Counted from the first letter of the stretch, positions 32,971 to 42,944 are shown. The stretch is 64,000 nt of DNA from Alphaproteobacteria bacterium (GCA_018654745.1 JABILA010000051.1:6751-70750); one strand, 5' to 3'. The notes: generated from the sequence alone by a model not told the origin. Numbers and translations are program-made.

Positions 32971-33921
32971 GTGGGTGATCCCTTGCACTTTTGGCGCATG
33001 GATGGTGACGCCGTGCTGGCCTATTCCACCAATACCGAATTTCCATCCGGTGAGGTTTTTCTGACGATTTGCGAAAATCTTTATAATGCCTTCGCTGACC
33101 GCCAACGGGACATCATCGCCAACACGACCTGCCCCTGCCAGGCCTGCGCCAATGTCGGAAATCTTGATCTCAAAATCATGGCCCATTACGGCACGTTCGA
33201 GGAAATGAAATTCGGGCCCATGACCGACATTTCGGGGTCGGATGTTATTCTGGTCCACCGTATGTCCAAAACCGACGTCAAGGTGGCGACCGGCATTCGA
33301 AGCTATGCCCTGTTCAGCGAGGCCGCCATCGAGGCCATGAATATCGATGCAGCCCTGACGCCTTACAGTCAGGATATCGAACATTTCGGCAATGTCTCCA
33401 TGAAGGTTTATGATCTTGGTGCGGCCTGGGAAAAGTTCCGTGCCGGGCGAGAGCGGTTTTTCCTGAATGAAGAAGACGGCACCTGGACCTATCGCCGTCA
33501 CCTTGATCTTCCCATCAATATTGTCTGGGACGCCTTGACCGCAGCGGATTCAAAACAGCGCTGGATGGTCAATATGAAAGCCGTGACTGTCGACAACCCG
33601 GAGGACCGCATCGGTGCCGGTTCAGGTTATCATTGCGCCCACGAAGCAGCCGATTTCAAGTACTGGGTCACTGACTGGGAACCCTTCGATTATTTTTCCA
33701 CCCGTATCAATGATCCGGCCCGTGAGGGCATAGACACACCGGAAACTTACCAACTGGTGGCAACGGATACCGGCACGGATTTACGCTATACCATGGGTCA
33801 GGCCAGCGACGCGGACGGCAACCGGTCCAAGATTTCCGAAGAGGAAGCAGCTGGTTTTCTCTCTGAATTCTGGCCAGCCTGCTTCGACGAAATGGAAGCT
33901 CTGTATAAGGGTCGAAGCTGA
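32971..33921 (+). CDS. DUF2652 (nucleotidyl-cyclase-like) plus SRPBCC domain protein; the conserved N-terminus continues upstream of this start
   Basis: 316-aa ORF starting at GTG 32971. The same frame stays open back to the stop at 32770-32772 and encodes ...KGYLLIADISGYTAFLTSSEQDHANPILHSLL, which is the conserved DUF2652 N-terminus. There is no in-frame ATG/GTG/TTG in that stretch. Confidence 0.6.
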   Translation: MGDPLHFWRMDGDAVLAYSTNTEFPSGEVFLTICENLYNAFADRQRDIIANTTCPCQACANVGNLDLKIMAHYGTFEEMKFGPMTDISGSDVILVHRMSKTDVKVATGIRSYALFSEAAIEAMNIDAALTPYSQDIEHFGNVSMKVYDLGAAWEKFRAGRERFFLNEEDGTWTYRRHLDLPINIVWDALTAADSKQRWMVNMKAVTVDNPEDRIGAGSGYHCAHEAADFKYWVTDWEPFDYFSTRINDPAREGIDTPETYQLVATDTGTDLRYTMGQASDADGNRSKISEEEAAGFLSEFWPACFDEMEALYKGRS

Positions 33922-33944
33922 CAGGACCGGGGTACCGGAAATTC

Positions 33945-35318
33945 TCAGCTCGCGGCTTTGACCTCGTCTTCTTCGACGCTGCGGACCAGGGCCGGATAGC
34001 GCACGACCAGGGTGATGGCGCGCATGATCATGTAGATATAGAACGCCATCCACAGGCCGTGGTTGCCCCACATGGGGACCAGAATCCAGACGCCGATCAA
34101 AAAGCTGGCCATGGAAATTGCCATGCCGTTGCGCATGGCGCGGGTGCGGGTGGCACCGATGAAGATGCCATCAAGCTGGAAGCTCCAGACGGAGATCAGA
34201 GGAGACAGCACCGCCCAGTACAGAAAGGTTCTGGCAGCGTCTCGCACACTGGCGATATCAGTCATGGCGGCAATTAACAAAGTTCCGGCAACGGCGTAAA
34301 CGGCGGTGAACAGGGCCGCGAAAATACCGGCCCAGATCGTGGTGATGCGCACGGCTTCCGATAACTTTGCGCGATCCCTGGCCCCGATGGCAGCCCCGAT
34401 CAAGGCTTCGGCAGCAAAGGCAAAACCGTCCAGGGCATAGCCCACGATCATCTGGAAATTCATCAAAATGGCATTGGCCGCCAGCAAGGTATCGCCCATG
34501 CTGGCACCCTGGCTGGTAAAATACGCAAAGGTTGTCACCAGGCACAGGGTGCGGATGAAGATGTCGCTGTTGACCACCAACAGGCGTTTCAGTTGCACCG
34601 GATCCAGCAACCGGGATCGCGACCATTTCCCGCCCAGTTGATCCAGCACCCTGAGCGCCAGCAGCACACCTACACCGGCGGCGGCATATTCTGAAATGGC
34701 TGTGGCAAGCGCCACACCTTCGACGCCCCAGCCCAGACCCAGCACAAACCAGACGTCCAGCACGATGTTCACACCGTTCATGAACACTTGCAGCATCAAG
34801 GCGCTTTTGGCCCGTTGTTGTCCCAACAGCCAGCCCAGCACGGCATAGTTCGTCAGGGCCGCCGGTGCCGCAAAAACCCGGATATCAAAATAGGTACGGG
34901 CGAGGTTTTCAACCTGGTCGCTGGCTTCGATGAACCACAAGGCCCCGTTGATCAGTGGCCATTGCAGGGCAAAGATCGCCACCCCCAACACCAACGCCAT
35001 CAACAAGGCCCGGCCGAGCAAAGCCCGGACTTCGGCACGGTCGTTGGCGCCAAAGGCTTGTGCCACCATGCCGGTCGTGCCCATGCGCAAAAAGCCAAAG
35101 CCCCAATAGACGTAACTGAAAATCATGGCACCCACGGCCACGGCACCGATGTACCATGCCTGGGGCAAATGACCCATGACCGCCGTATCGACCACACCCA
35201 GCAAGGGCACCGAAACATTCGACAGAATGATCGGCCCGGCCAGACGCCAGACTTTGAGATGGCGGTTTTCGGGCCGGTTTTCTGGTCGACCGTTTTCTGA
35301 AGTGATTTCTTCTGTCAT
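33945..35318 (-). CDS. MATE family efflux transporter
   Basis: 457-aa 12-TM protein with NorM/DinF-like MATE repeats. Confidence 0.85.
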   Translation of the reverse strand: MTEEITSENGRPENRPENRHLKVWRLAGPIILSNVSVPLLGVVDTAVMGHLPQAWYIGAVAVGAMIFSYVYWGFGFLRMGTTGMVAQAFGANDRAEVRALLGRALLMALVLGVAIFALQWPLINGALWFIEASDQVENLARTYFDIRVFAAPAALTNYAVLGWLLGQQRAKSALMLQVFMNGVNIVLDVWFVLGLGWGVEGVALATAISEYAAAGVGVLLALRVLDQLGGKWSRSRLLDPVQLKRLLVVNSDIFIRTLCLVTTFAYFTSQGASMGDTLLAANAILMNFQMIVGYALDGFAFAAEALIGAAIGARDRAKLSEAVRITTIWAGIFAALFTAVYAVAGTLLIAAMTDIASVRDAARTFLYWAVLSPLISVWSFQLDGIFIGATRTRAMRNGMAISMASFLIGVWILVPMWGNHGLWMAFYIYMIMRAITLVVRYPALVRSVEEDEVKAAS

Positions 35319-35376
35319 GCGCGTGCCACCAGAGCGTTTCCGTCATTAGTCATTTATCACGCATCCACATAAACAC

Positions 35377-35532
35377 ACGTCGTGCCCGGGCTTGACCCGG
35401 GTACCCACGTCTATATGCGGATCGGCTGACATAACCAGATTTGAATTGAGGCTTCCGTCACCACCACAGCAAGCCATTTGTCTGGCTGCACCTAACAAGA
35501 CGTGGGTACCCGGGTCAAGCCCGGGCACGACG
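35377..35532. mobile_element. MITE-like element with perfect 35-bp terminal inverted repeats (non-autonomous, no ORF)
   Basis: The left arm at 35377-35411 is acgtcgtgcccgggcttgacccgggtacccacgtct. Its exact reverse complement lies at 35497-35532, separated by about 85 bp of AT-richer sequence. It sits in the intergenic gap between the MATE and LysR genes. Confidence 0.6.
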
Positions 35533-35548
35533 AAGTGAGGGCCAACCC

Positions 35549-36448
35549 CTAATTCCGCAATCTGTCGTTGGCCGCTGTCTCAATAACCCAGTGGCGAAAG
35601 GCGGCAACCTTGGGGCGGTCGGCGCTGGCTTCGGGGGCGACGACGTAATAGGCGAACTCCCGAGGCAGGCTGATGTTAAAAACCCGGACCAGGCGACCAG
35701 CGGCCAGGTCATCGGCGGCAAGGGCGGACCGGCCCAGCGCCACCCCTTCTCCGGCAATGGCTGCCTGCAGGATATTTGCAGAATCTTCATAGACCGGGCC
35801 GCGCTCACTCTCGACACCTTCAACACCCGCTGCCAGCAACCACCGCGTCCAGTCCTCGAAATAGTCATCATGCAGCAAGGTATGATGTCTGAGGTCCGCC
35901 GGTTCATTCAGCGGGTATCTGCCTTTCAATAATTCAGGGCTGCATACCGGAAAAATATCTTCTGTCAGAAACAGATCAGACTTCATGCCAAACCAGTCGC
36001 CCCGGCCATAGCGCAAAACCACATCCACGGCCTCGCGGCTGAAGTCGGTCAAATGGGTCGACGGCGACAGACGCACATCGATATCCGGATATTGTTCACG
36101 GAAACCCCGCATGCGCGGCACCAGCCATTTGGCAGCGATAGAAGGCAGCACCGACACCGTCAGGGTGCCGGAACTGTCGAGCGCGTTGAGCCGGGCCGTC
36201 GCTGTATCGATTTCATCAAAGGCCATGCCCAGCGGCCCGGCATATGATTGCCCGGCTTCGGTCAGATAAAGATTTCGGTTCTTGCGCAGGAACAGGGGCT
36301 GTCCCAACCACGCCTCCAGCGCCTTGACCTGATGACTGATCGCGGCCTGGGTTACAAAAAGTTCATCAGCCGCTTTGGTAAACGACAGGTGCCGGGCAGC
36401 GGCCTCGAAGGCACGCAAGGCATTCAGGGGGGGCAAACGACGGGCCAT
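35549..36448 (-). CDS. LysR family transcriptional regulator (GcvA-like)
   Basis: N-terminal HTH (LPPLNALRAFEAAARHLSFTKAADELFVTQAAISHQVKALE) and a LysR substrate-binding domain. Confidence 0.85.
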   Translation of the reverse strand: MARRLPPLNALRAFEAAARHLSFTKAADELFVTQAAISHQVKALEAWLGQPLFLRKNRNLYLTEAGQSYAGPLGMAFDEIDTATARLNALDSSGTLTVSVLPSIAAKWLVPRMRGFREQYPDIDVRLSPSTHLTDFSREAVDVVLRYGRGDWFGMKSDLFLTEDIFPVCSPELLKGRYPLNEPADLRHHTLLHDDYFEDWTRWLLAAGVEGVESERGPVYEDSANILQAAIAGEGVALGRSALAADDLAAGRLVRVFNISLPREFAYYVVAPEASADRPKVAAFRHWVIETAANDRLRN

Positions 36449-36588
36449 AGCAGTTTATCTCATTAGTTTTTCTAATCCATTTCATGAATTTATATCGTTT
36501 GAGAAGCAGTGAAATCAAGTCTATTTATTTCATCAGCAGCAACGAAAACCGTTACTGCAAAATGTTTGAGACGATTTCGCAGGAGGAT

Positions 36589-36795
36589 ATGATGGAACGT
36601 TCAATTTTTTCGATGATTAGCTATTCTCGGTCTGTTTCGGTTGCCGGAAGCATTCTGGGCACCCTCAATACATGGTATGACCGCGTCCAGGAGCGTCGCC
36701 GACTGAATGAGCTTGAGCCACATATGCTGAAAGATATTGGTCTGCAATCCTGGCAAATTCGTGAGATCGCCGCCAAACCCTTCTGGCGCGCCTGA
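36589..36795 (+). CDS. DUF1127 domain small protein
   Basis: C-terminal DUF1127 motif (RRRLNELEPHMLKDIGLQSWQIREIA). The ATG at 36589 is preceded by AGGAGGA. It is divergent from the LysR gene, a common arrangement. Confidence 0.6.
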   Translation: MMERSIFSMISYSRSVSVAGSILGTLNTWYDRVQERRRLNELEPHMLKDIGLQSWQIREIAAKPFWRA

Positions 36796-36889
36796 CACCC
36801 CAGGCCTTTCCACTGTATGTGCCATTGACGCACCCCCTCTCCCGGTTCCATTGTTGCAACCAGACCAGCAACGGAACCGGGATTTTCTT

Positions 36890-37396
36890 TTGACCCTTTC
36901 ACTGCACGAACACTTCAAGACCTTTGCGCATTACAACGCCTGGGCAAATACGCGATTGTACGAGGCTTGCGCTGAATTAAGCGAAGCTGACTATCTGCTG
37001 ACCCGCCCCAGTTTTTTTGGCTCGATCCATTCAACCCTCAATCATATTCTGGTCGGCGACCGGTCGTGGATGGCACGCTTTAACGGCGGCACCACCGCCA
37101 TTACAGCCCTGAACCAGGAATTATATGCGGACTTCGCCGGGCTGCGGGTTGCGCGTCTGGCAGAAGATGCCCTGATCATCAATTATGTCGAAAGCCTGAA
37201 CGATGATTCGATGTTGTCCTGGCTGGAATACCAGAACATGGCTGGCGAAGATCAGGCCGATGAAATCTCGATCCTGCTGAGCCATTTTTTCAATCACCAG
37301 ACCCATCACCGGGGACAGGTTCATACTTTATTGTCACATGCCGGCCTGGCACCACCTCAGCTGGACCTGATCTATTACTTGCGGGAACAACAATGA
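36890..37396 (+). CDS. DinB family protein (DinB_2 four-helix bundle)
   Basis: HFKTFAHYNAWANTRLY...HHRGQV motifs. I chose the TTG at 36890. The longer ORF from 36737 overlaps the DUF1127 gene and is Pro-rich and non-homologous there. Confidence 0.6.
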   Translation: MTLSLHEHFKTFAHYNAWANTRLYEACAELSEADYLLTRPSFFGSIHSTLNHILVGDRSWMARFNGGTTAITALNQELYADFAGLRVARLAEDALIINYVESLNDDSMLSWLEYQNMAGEDQADEISILLSHFFNHQTHHRGQVHTLLSHAGLAPPQLDLIYYLREQQ

Positions 37397-37905
37397 TCAA
37401 TTTTCGGCTCGAAGGCGCAAATGAATCCGATCTGATCCATGACCTTGTGCACAAAAGCTTCGGTCAGGAAGCTGAGGCCGTGCTGGTGAAAAACCTGTGC
37501 GCAGACGGCGACGCCCTGATTTCCCTTGTCGCCGTTGACGACGAAGATAACAGTATCGTTGGCCATATCCTGTTCAGCGACACCCCTGTGGGCACGACAA
37601 AAAACCTGTTACGTGGTGCTGCCATGGCACCTTTAAGCGTTTCAGAAACTCACCAGGGCCAGGGCATTGGTGGTGGCCTGGTCATACAGGGTTTGCGGGA
37701 ATGCCGGGATAGCGGCATCCAGGTTGTACTGGTTTTGGGGGATCCGAATTATTATGGCCGCTTTGGCTTTTCTGCCGACATAGCGAAGGACCTGGACACA
37801 CCCTACAAGGGTGAATTCTTTCAGGCTCTGGAAATTGAACCTGGCATTCTGAACGGTGTCAGCGGCAAGGTTCTTTACCCGAACGCCTTCAGCAAACTGG
37901 CATAA
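37393..37905 (+). CDS. GNAT family N-acetyltransferase
   Basis: Acetyl-CoA binding motif (QGQGIGGGLV), YhbS-like. Confidence 0.8.
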   Translation: MINFRLEGANESDLIHDLVHKSFGQEAEAVLVKNLCADGDALISLVAVDDEDNSIVGHILFSDTPVGTTKNLLRGAAMAPLSVSETHQGQGIGGGLVIQGLRECRDSGIQVVLVLGDPNYYGRFGFSADIAKDLDTPYKGEFFQALEIEPGILNGVSGKVLYPNAFSKLA

Positions 37906-37918
37906 CCCGAAAACTTAG

Positions 37919-38806
37919 TCAGGCCGGCGCAGGTTTTTCCAGCAACGCTATCTTTGCGACATGAGCCTCCCGCCGGATCATATAGATCGCTGAGGCAATA
38001 ATGATTGTCGCCCCGGCCAGTGTCCAGGCATCCGGCATATCTGCAAAGAACCAGTAACCCAATATCGCGGCGTAGATCAGCTCGGTATATTTGATACTGC
38101 TAACCAGGCTGGCCTCACCCAGGCGCAAGGCCTTGATCCCGATCCACTGACCAAAGGTCGCAACGATACCGATAGCCAGCAGCATCAACAGGCCGGTCAG
38201 ATCAGGCGTCACCCAGAGCCAGAACAGCGGTACACCCGACAACAATCCGACGAAGATCGCCTGATAGCTGAGCAATGTCGCCGTACTTTCAAACTGCGAC
38301 AGCTTGCGCACAACGATAACCGCCACCGCCGCGCCCATGGACGCACCAATCGGGATCAGGGAATTCGTTTCGAAAAATCCATCAAGGCCCGGCCGCACGA
38401 CAATCACGACACCTGCAAACCCGATAAAGATCGAGGCTAGCCGGTGTACACCCAGGCCCTCCCCCAGGAACCACATGGCCAGCAGCGCGATAATAAATGT
38501 TTGCGAGAACATCAACACCACCGCCGTCGCCAGAGGCAAAACCGATACGGCCCACAGGCCCATCGACAGGGCAATGAACGCACCACCCAGACGAAAACCG
38601 TGCGCCAGTGGATGCTGCGTTTTCAGGTTGTCGGGGAAGTTTCGCGCAACGATTGGCAAGACAGACAGGAATACAATGATTTGCCGGAAAAACAGGATTT
38701 GCAGGATGTGATAGTCGTTCGCTGCAAATTTGCCCAACGCTGCCGAGACCGCATACAAGGCCGCCGCCGCCAGCGCCCACACCGCGCCTTCGAGGTTTTT
38801 TGACAT
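37919..38806 (-). CDS. DMT superfamily transporter (EamA-like)
   Basis: 295-aa 10-TM EamA-type permease. Confidence 0.75.
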   Translation of the reverse strand: MSKNLEGAVWALAAAALYAVSAALGKFAANDYHILQILFFRQIIVFLSVLPIVARNFPDNLKTQHPLAHGFRLGGAFIALSMGLWAVSVLPLATAVVLMFSQTFIIALLAMWFLGEGLGVHRLASIFIGFAGVVIVVRPGLDGFFETNSLIPIGASMGAAVAVIVVRKLSQFESTATLLSYQAIFVGLLSGVPLFWLWVTPDLTGLLMLLAIGIVATFGQWIGIKALRLGEASLVSSIKYTELIYAAILGYWFFADMPDAWTLAGATIIIASAIYMIRREAHVAKIALLEKPAPA

Positions 38807-38904
38807 ATCGCTGCTCCGGGAAATGCTAGTATGTTATCTTGGTACATAAATAACATTCAAACTGCAAGTCCTGTTTTCTTCGGTCGCCATTTTGTTTCAG
38901 GGTT

Positions 38905-39549
38905 TCAGCTTTGAACGCGGGGCCAGGTTCGGGCAAACGGCTTCCGGATGGCTTGCTCCAACATCTCCAGCCGGTCCTGGCCATAGAATATGTCGCCGTC
39001 CAGAACATAGGTTGGTGAGCCAAATACAGTCAGGGCTATTGCCGCCTGGGTATTTGCTTCGTAGGCGTCAGCAACTGCAGCTGAATCCGCTGCAGCCAGG
39101 AATACATGCCCGTCCAGGCCAACAGTGCCTGCAAGGCGGACCAGGGTTTCCGCATCGGCGAGATCAGCGTCATCCGCCCAGTGGCCTTCCAGGTACGCAT
39201 GCGCCAGCTGATCGATATTCTGTCCGTCCAGCACTGCGGCCACCAGAACCCTGTTTGCAAGATCATAACCGTGATGATGATAAGTCGGCCGCCTGCCCAG
39301 GGTACGCAGACCCCGATATTCGGCCCAGCGTTCAAGTTCGCGATTGAAAAAATAGTTGCGAAACTCAAGTGATCGTGCGTCAAACGAGGTACTGCCCGCC
39401 GCCGCCATCACCCGTCGCAGGTCCATCGGTTTGTGCCTGATCGTTAAACCCGACGTTGATGCAATTTCCAGCAATCGGGCTGATCCCAGCCAGGCATATG
39501 ACGAATAGGCCGCGTAATAATAGTCAATGGTTCCGTCGCTGCCTGGCAT
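38905..39549 (-). CDS. 2-hydroxychromene-2-carboxylate isomerase family protein (DsbA-like thioredoxin fold)
   Basis: 214-aa ORF with full-length similarity to the HCCA isomerase / DsbA-like family (...TVFGSPTYVLDGDIFYGQDRLEMLE). Confidence 0.75.
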   Translation of the reverse strand: MPGSDGTIDYYYAAYSSYAWLGSARLLEIASTSGLTIRHKPMDLRRVMAAAGSTSFDARSLEFRNYFFNRELERWAEYRGLRTLGRRPTYHHHGYDLANRVLVAAVLDGQNIDQLAHAYLEGHWADDADLADAETLVRLAGTVGLDGHVFLAAADSAAVADAYEANTQAAIALTVFGSPTYVLDGDIFYGQDRLEMLEQAIRKPFARTWPRVQS

Positions 39550-39558
39550 GTTCAGATT

Positions 39559-40536
39559 CTAATCCAGGGTCAGCACAACCTTGCCGGTGGATTTACGCTG
39601 GATCATCATTTCGAGGGCGTCACCAGCTTTTTCCATGGGAATGGTATGAGACACATGCGGTTTGATCTTGCCGCTTTCGTACCAGTCCAGAAGTGTCTTC
39701 ATGGATTGCATAACGACCTGGGGTTTTTTGATATTGTAGGAGCCCCAATAGAATCCAACTACGGAAACATTTTTCACCAGCAGGATATTGGCTTTTGCTT
39801 CGGGTACCCGGCCTGAGGCAAATCCGATCACCACAAGGCGACCTTCCCAGGCAATACTGCGCATGGCTGCATCAAAGGCATCGCCGCCGACAGGATCATA
39901 AATCACATCAGCGCCTTTACCATTGGTGATTTCCTTGACGCGGTCGCGAATGTCTTCTTCGGAATAATTGATCAGATGATCTGCACCATATTGTTTGCAA
40001 ACTTCCAGCTTTTCGGCGGAACTGGCGGCCGCGATCACGGTGGCCCCCATTGCCTTGCCAATTTCCACAGCCGTCAGGCCAACACCACCCGCAGCCCCCA
40101 GCACCAACAAGGTCTCACCCGATTTCAAACCGGCCCGGTAATCAAGACCAACGTGACTTGTGCCATAGGCAACCGGAAAAGCGGCGGCATGTTCAAAGGA
40201 CATGCTTTGGGGAATGGGGATAAGCATTTTGGCATCGACCACAACTTCCTGGGCGAAGCCTCCATGACCTGTCATGGCCAGAACCCGGTCTCCGACTTTA
40301 TAGCCTTTAACACCACCACCAACTTCCGAAATTTCACCGGCACACTCCATGCCGGGGCTGAAAGGCAGCGGTGGTTTGACCTGATAGGTGCCCTGAATGA
40401 TCAGCGTATCGCCAAAATTTACACCGCAGGCATGAATGCGAAGCCTGACTTCACCGTCACCGGGTGTTGGTGTGGCGATGTCTTCCACGACCAGCTTTTC
40501 GGGTCCACCAAATTCCTTGCACAACACCGCTTTCAT
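39559..40536 (-). CDS. NADPH:quinone oxidoreductase (zinc-type MDR family)
   Basis: GroES-like N-terminal domain plus the Rossmann GAAGGVG motif; Qor-like. Confidence 0.85.
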   Translation of the reverse strand: MKAVLCKEFGGPEKLVVEDIATPTPGDGEVRLRIHACGVNFGDTLIIQGTYQVKPPLPFSPGMECAGEISEVGGGVKGYKVGDRVLAMTGHGGFAQEVVVDAKMLIPIPQSMSFEHAAAFPVAYGTSHVGLDYRAGLKSGETLLVLGAAGGVGLTAVEIGKAMGATVIAAASSAEKLEVCKQYGADHLINYSEEDIRDRVKEITNGKGADVIYDPVGGDAFDAAMRSIAWEGRLVVIGFASGRVPEAKANILLVKNVSVVGFYWGSYNIKKPQVVMQSMKTLLDWYESGKIKPHVSHTIPMEKAGDALEMMIQRKSTGKVVLTLD

Positions 40537-40548
40537 GTCTTCATCCTG

Positions 40549-41061
40549 TCATTGGGTTATCTGTTTGACCAGGCGCGCCAGCGCAAACCACCAGGTATCA
40601 TCCCAGTATCCACGCGCGCGCCCGGAAGGAGAGGGAAGCACGAACACCCCCGTTTCGCCAAGCCCTTCGGGAAATAAACCGTAATCAATTTTTTTCAAAC
40701 CCAAAGTCGAGGTTGCTGCAGCCTTTGAGGTAAAGCCTACATAACGCGGCTGGTATTTTCTGATTTTCACGACAAGGGCATCGGCGTCCCAGGCATCATC
40801 AGGAATCTGCGCATCCGACCCGGTCGCCGATTTGGCGATGTCGGTCAGGCCGATGCCAAAGTCCAGAAGTTGCGGAAAGTCTGTCGGCGAGAATTGACGG
40901 GGGGTCAGACCTGTCTTGAACAAGGTTGGCCAGAAGAGATTACCAGGATGCGCATAATAGGCCTGCGCCTTTGCCGATGCAGCACTGGCCGCTGTGCCAA
41001 TAAGCACAAGTTTCAGATCATGTTCCAGCAGGTCTGGCAGGACGTGGGTTTTGGGTTTCAT
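40549..41061 (-). CDS. mug: G/U mismatch-specific DNA glycosylase (Mug, UDG family 2)
   Basis: LVLIGTAAS...GNLFWP motifs. I placed the start at MKPKTHV (41061). The longer ORF would extend into the hairpin at 41071-41158. Confidence 0.75.
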   Translation of the reverse strand: MKPKTHVLPDLLEHDLKLVLIGTAASAASAKAQAYYAHPGNLFWPTLFKTGLTPRQFSPTDFPQLLDFGIGLTDIAKSATGSDAQIPDDAWDADALVVKIRKYQPRYVGFTSKAAATSTLGLKKIDYGLFPEGLGETGVFVLPSPSGRARGYWDDTWWFALARLVKQITQ

Positions 41062-41070
41062 TGGTATACT

Positions 41071-41158
41071 CGTCATGCCCGTGCTCGACACGGGTATCCA
41101 CGTCTTGACAAAAGCGGCCCCAAGACGTGGATGGCCGGGTCAAGCCCGGTCATGACGA
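41071..41158. repeat. REP-like imperfect palindrome, a relative of the 35377-35532 terminal repeats
   Basis: 37-bp arms (cgtcatgcccgtgctcgacacgggtatccacgtcttg / aagacgtggatggccgggtcaagcccggtcatgacg) flank a 14-nt loop. The right arm differs from the MITE repeat by only a few substitutions. Confidence 0.6.
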
Positions 41159-41185
41159 ATTGGAAGAACTGAATCTTTCCGACCA

Positions 41186-42232
41186 TCAGCCAACAGGTGG
41201 CCAGTCGTCGCGAGCTTTGGACAAGCCGACCAGACGTCCGTTGTAATCGCGGATCGGGATTTCGATATGGTCTTTCATGGTCGCCTCAACAGCATCATCA
41301 ATCACACCGAGATGTTTCAGGACAGCCACCAAAGCCGGACCACGTACCCGGCCTGGAATGTCACCATCATCAACCTTGATGGCGATGCCCAGGCCCTTGG
41401 CAGGAACCGCCACCATCACCATACCTTCAGCCCCGGTCTTGACGATAACCTTGCCCTTCAGGACGGCATTGATGTCGGTGCAGAAACTACCCGTTCCGGC
41501 AATCATGAACGGTTCCGCAGCAATAGACTGCACCACGCGATCCGCGGCGGCTTCACGCACAGCGCCCAGACCAGTCGGGTTGGCAAGTTTCGCCATGCCC
41601 AGGGCCAATGCAGAAAGCGGAATGGCGAGGGCCGGGATGGAACAGCCATCAATGCCTTCCGGCAGGGTCGAAACATCGACATCACACATCTCGGAGATGG
41701 TCTGGAAAATTCGTTGCTGGACCGGATGACTGCGACCAATATAACCGGCAGGATCTTCGCCCATATGCACGGCAGTGGCCAAAAATCCTGTATGTTTGCC
41801 GGAACAATCACTGCCCAGACGGCGGGCTTCCACACCCTTTTTCAAACGCTCGATCTTTACCGCTTCATCAATTGAAATTTTGGGGCCACATTCCAGGGCG
41901 TCCGGTGTCAGGCCAATCCGTCCAAGGATGTCGGTCACAGTGTTTATGTGGCGGTCCTCGGCATGGTGCGATGCACAGGCCAGCGAAATTTCGGCGGCGG
42001 AATAGCCAAAAGCATCGGCGGCACCTGTTTCAATCAACGGCAATGCCTGGATCGGCTTGATCGCAGAACGTGGGAAAACCTGCTGTTCAATATCGCCCCA
42101 GCCATGCACGATGGTGCCGTCCGCCGCCACGACGGCACAGGACGCCCGGTGACGGCTTTCCACAAAGGCTGTTTCCAGGGACTGGCCGCGGGTGACTTCG
42201 ACGGCGACAGGGTTGGCAGCGGGTATCGTCAT
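41186..42232 (-). CDS. asparaginase family protein (PF06089, Asparaginase_II)
   Basis: The conserved region VESRHRASCAVVAADGTIVHGWGDIEQQVFPRSAIKPIQA is present. I chose the start at MTIPAAN (42232). Confidence 0.75.
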   Translation of the reverse strand: MTIPAANPVAVEVTRGQSLETAFVESRHRASCAVVAADGTIVHGWGDIEQQVFPRSAIKPIQALPLIETGAADAFGYSAAEISLACASHHAEDRHINTVTDILGRIGLTPDALECGPKISIDEAVKIERLKKGVEARRLGSDCSGKHTGFLATAVHMGEDPAGYIGRSHPVQQRIFQTISEMCDVDVSTLPEGIDGCSIPALAIPLSALALGMAKLANPTGLGAVREAAADRVVQSIAAEPFMIAGTGSFCTDINAVLKGKVIVKTGAEGMVMVAVPAKGLGIAIKVDDGDIPGRVRGPALVAVLKHLGVIDDAVEATMKDHIEIPIRDYNGRLVGLSKARDDWPPVG

Positions 42233-42341
42233 TGACTGAAACTCATGCAAAGGCGGGGTTGGATTGGTCGTTCGGGCACGGTATTGTCCGGTTAAATCAC
42301 ACACAGATCAAAAACAACAGGTCAAACGGGACCCGGTTCAC

Positions 42342-42902
42342 ATGCGCGGCTATTTTGGTATTGGCGTCCAACGTTTCAGCAAACCCATGAATGCGGGGAA
42401 CTTGTTTCGCTCGGCCCATGGCTTTGGGGCAAGCTTTGCTTTCACCATCGACAGCAAGCTGCCGCTGAAATCTGCCGGTTCTGATACCAGCGACGCCTGG
42501 AAGCAGATGCCCTATTACCGTTTTGACAATGTGGCGACAATGGTGCTGCCGGACAACTGCGCCATTGTCGGTGTGGAGTTGCTGGATGAAGCCATTGAAC
42601 TGCCAAGTTTCCACCACCCGAAACAGGCGGCCTACGTGCTGGGACCGGAAAAAGGTTCGCTGTCGCCGGATTTGGTTGAGAAATGTGACCATGTGATCAA
42701 AATTCCGACAAAATTCTGTATCAATGTGGCAACAGCCGGGGCGATTGTTATGTACGACCGGGTAACCAGTCTGGGGCGTTTTGCCTCCCGGCCTGTTACC
42801 AGTCGGAATATTCCTATCGAGCTGGCAGACCATATCCACGGTGCGCAAAAGTTGCGAACGGCGGATCTGGATTTAACCCTGCAAAATGCAGATGACGTTT
42901 GA
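42342..42902 (+). CDS. SpoU/TrmH family RNA 2'-O-methyltransferase
   Basis: SPOUT motifs (MRGYFGIGV...YVLGPEKGSL...IKIP). Start at the internal ATG at 42342. Confidence 0.75.
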   Translation: MRGYFGIGVQRFSKPMNAGNLFRSAHGFGASFAFTIDSKLPLKSAGSDTSDAWKQMPYYRFDNVATMVLPDNCAIVGVELLDEAIELPSFHHPKQAAYVLGPEKGSLSPDLVEKCDHVIKIPTKFCINVATAGAIVMYDRVTSLGRFASRPVTSRNIPIELADHIHGAQKLRTADLDLTLQNADDV

Positions 42903-42944
42903 GCTGAAATATTACGTTTGACTGAAATGTCTAAAGGGGCAGAA

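Noticed and set aside
35346-35528. 60-aa ORF
   Set aside because: It lies entirely inside the MITE-like inverted-repeat element and has no homology, so it is spurious.
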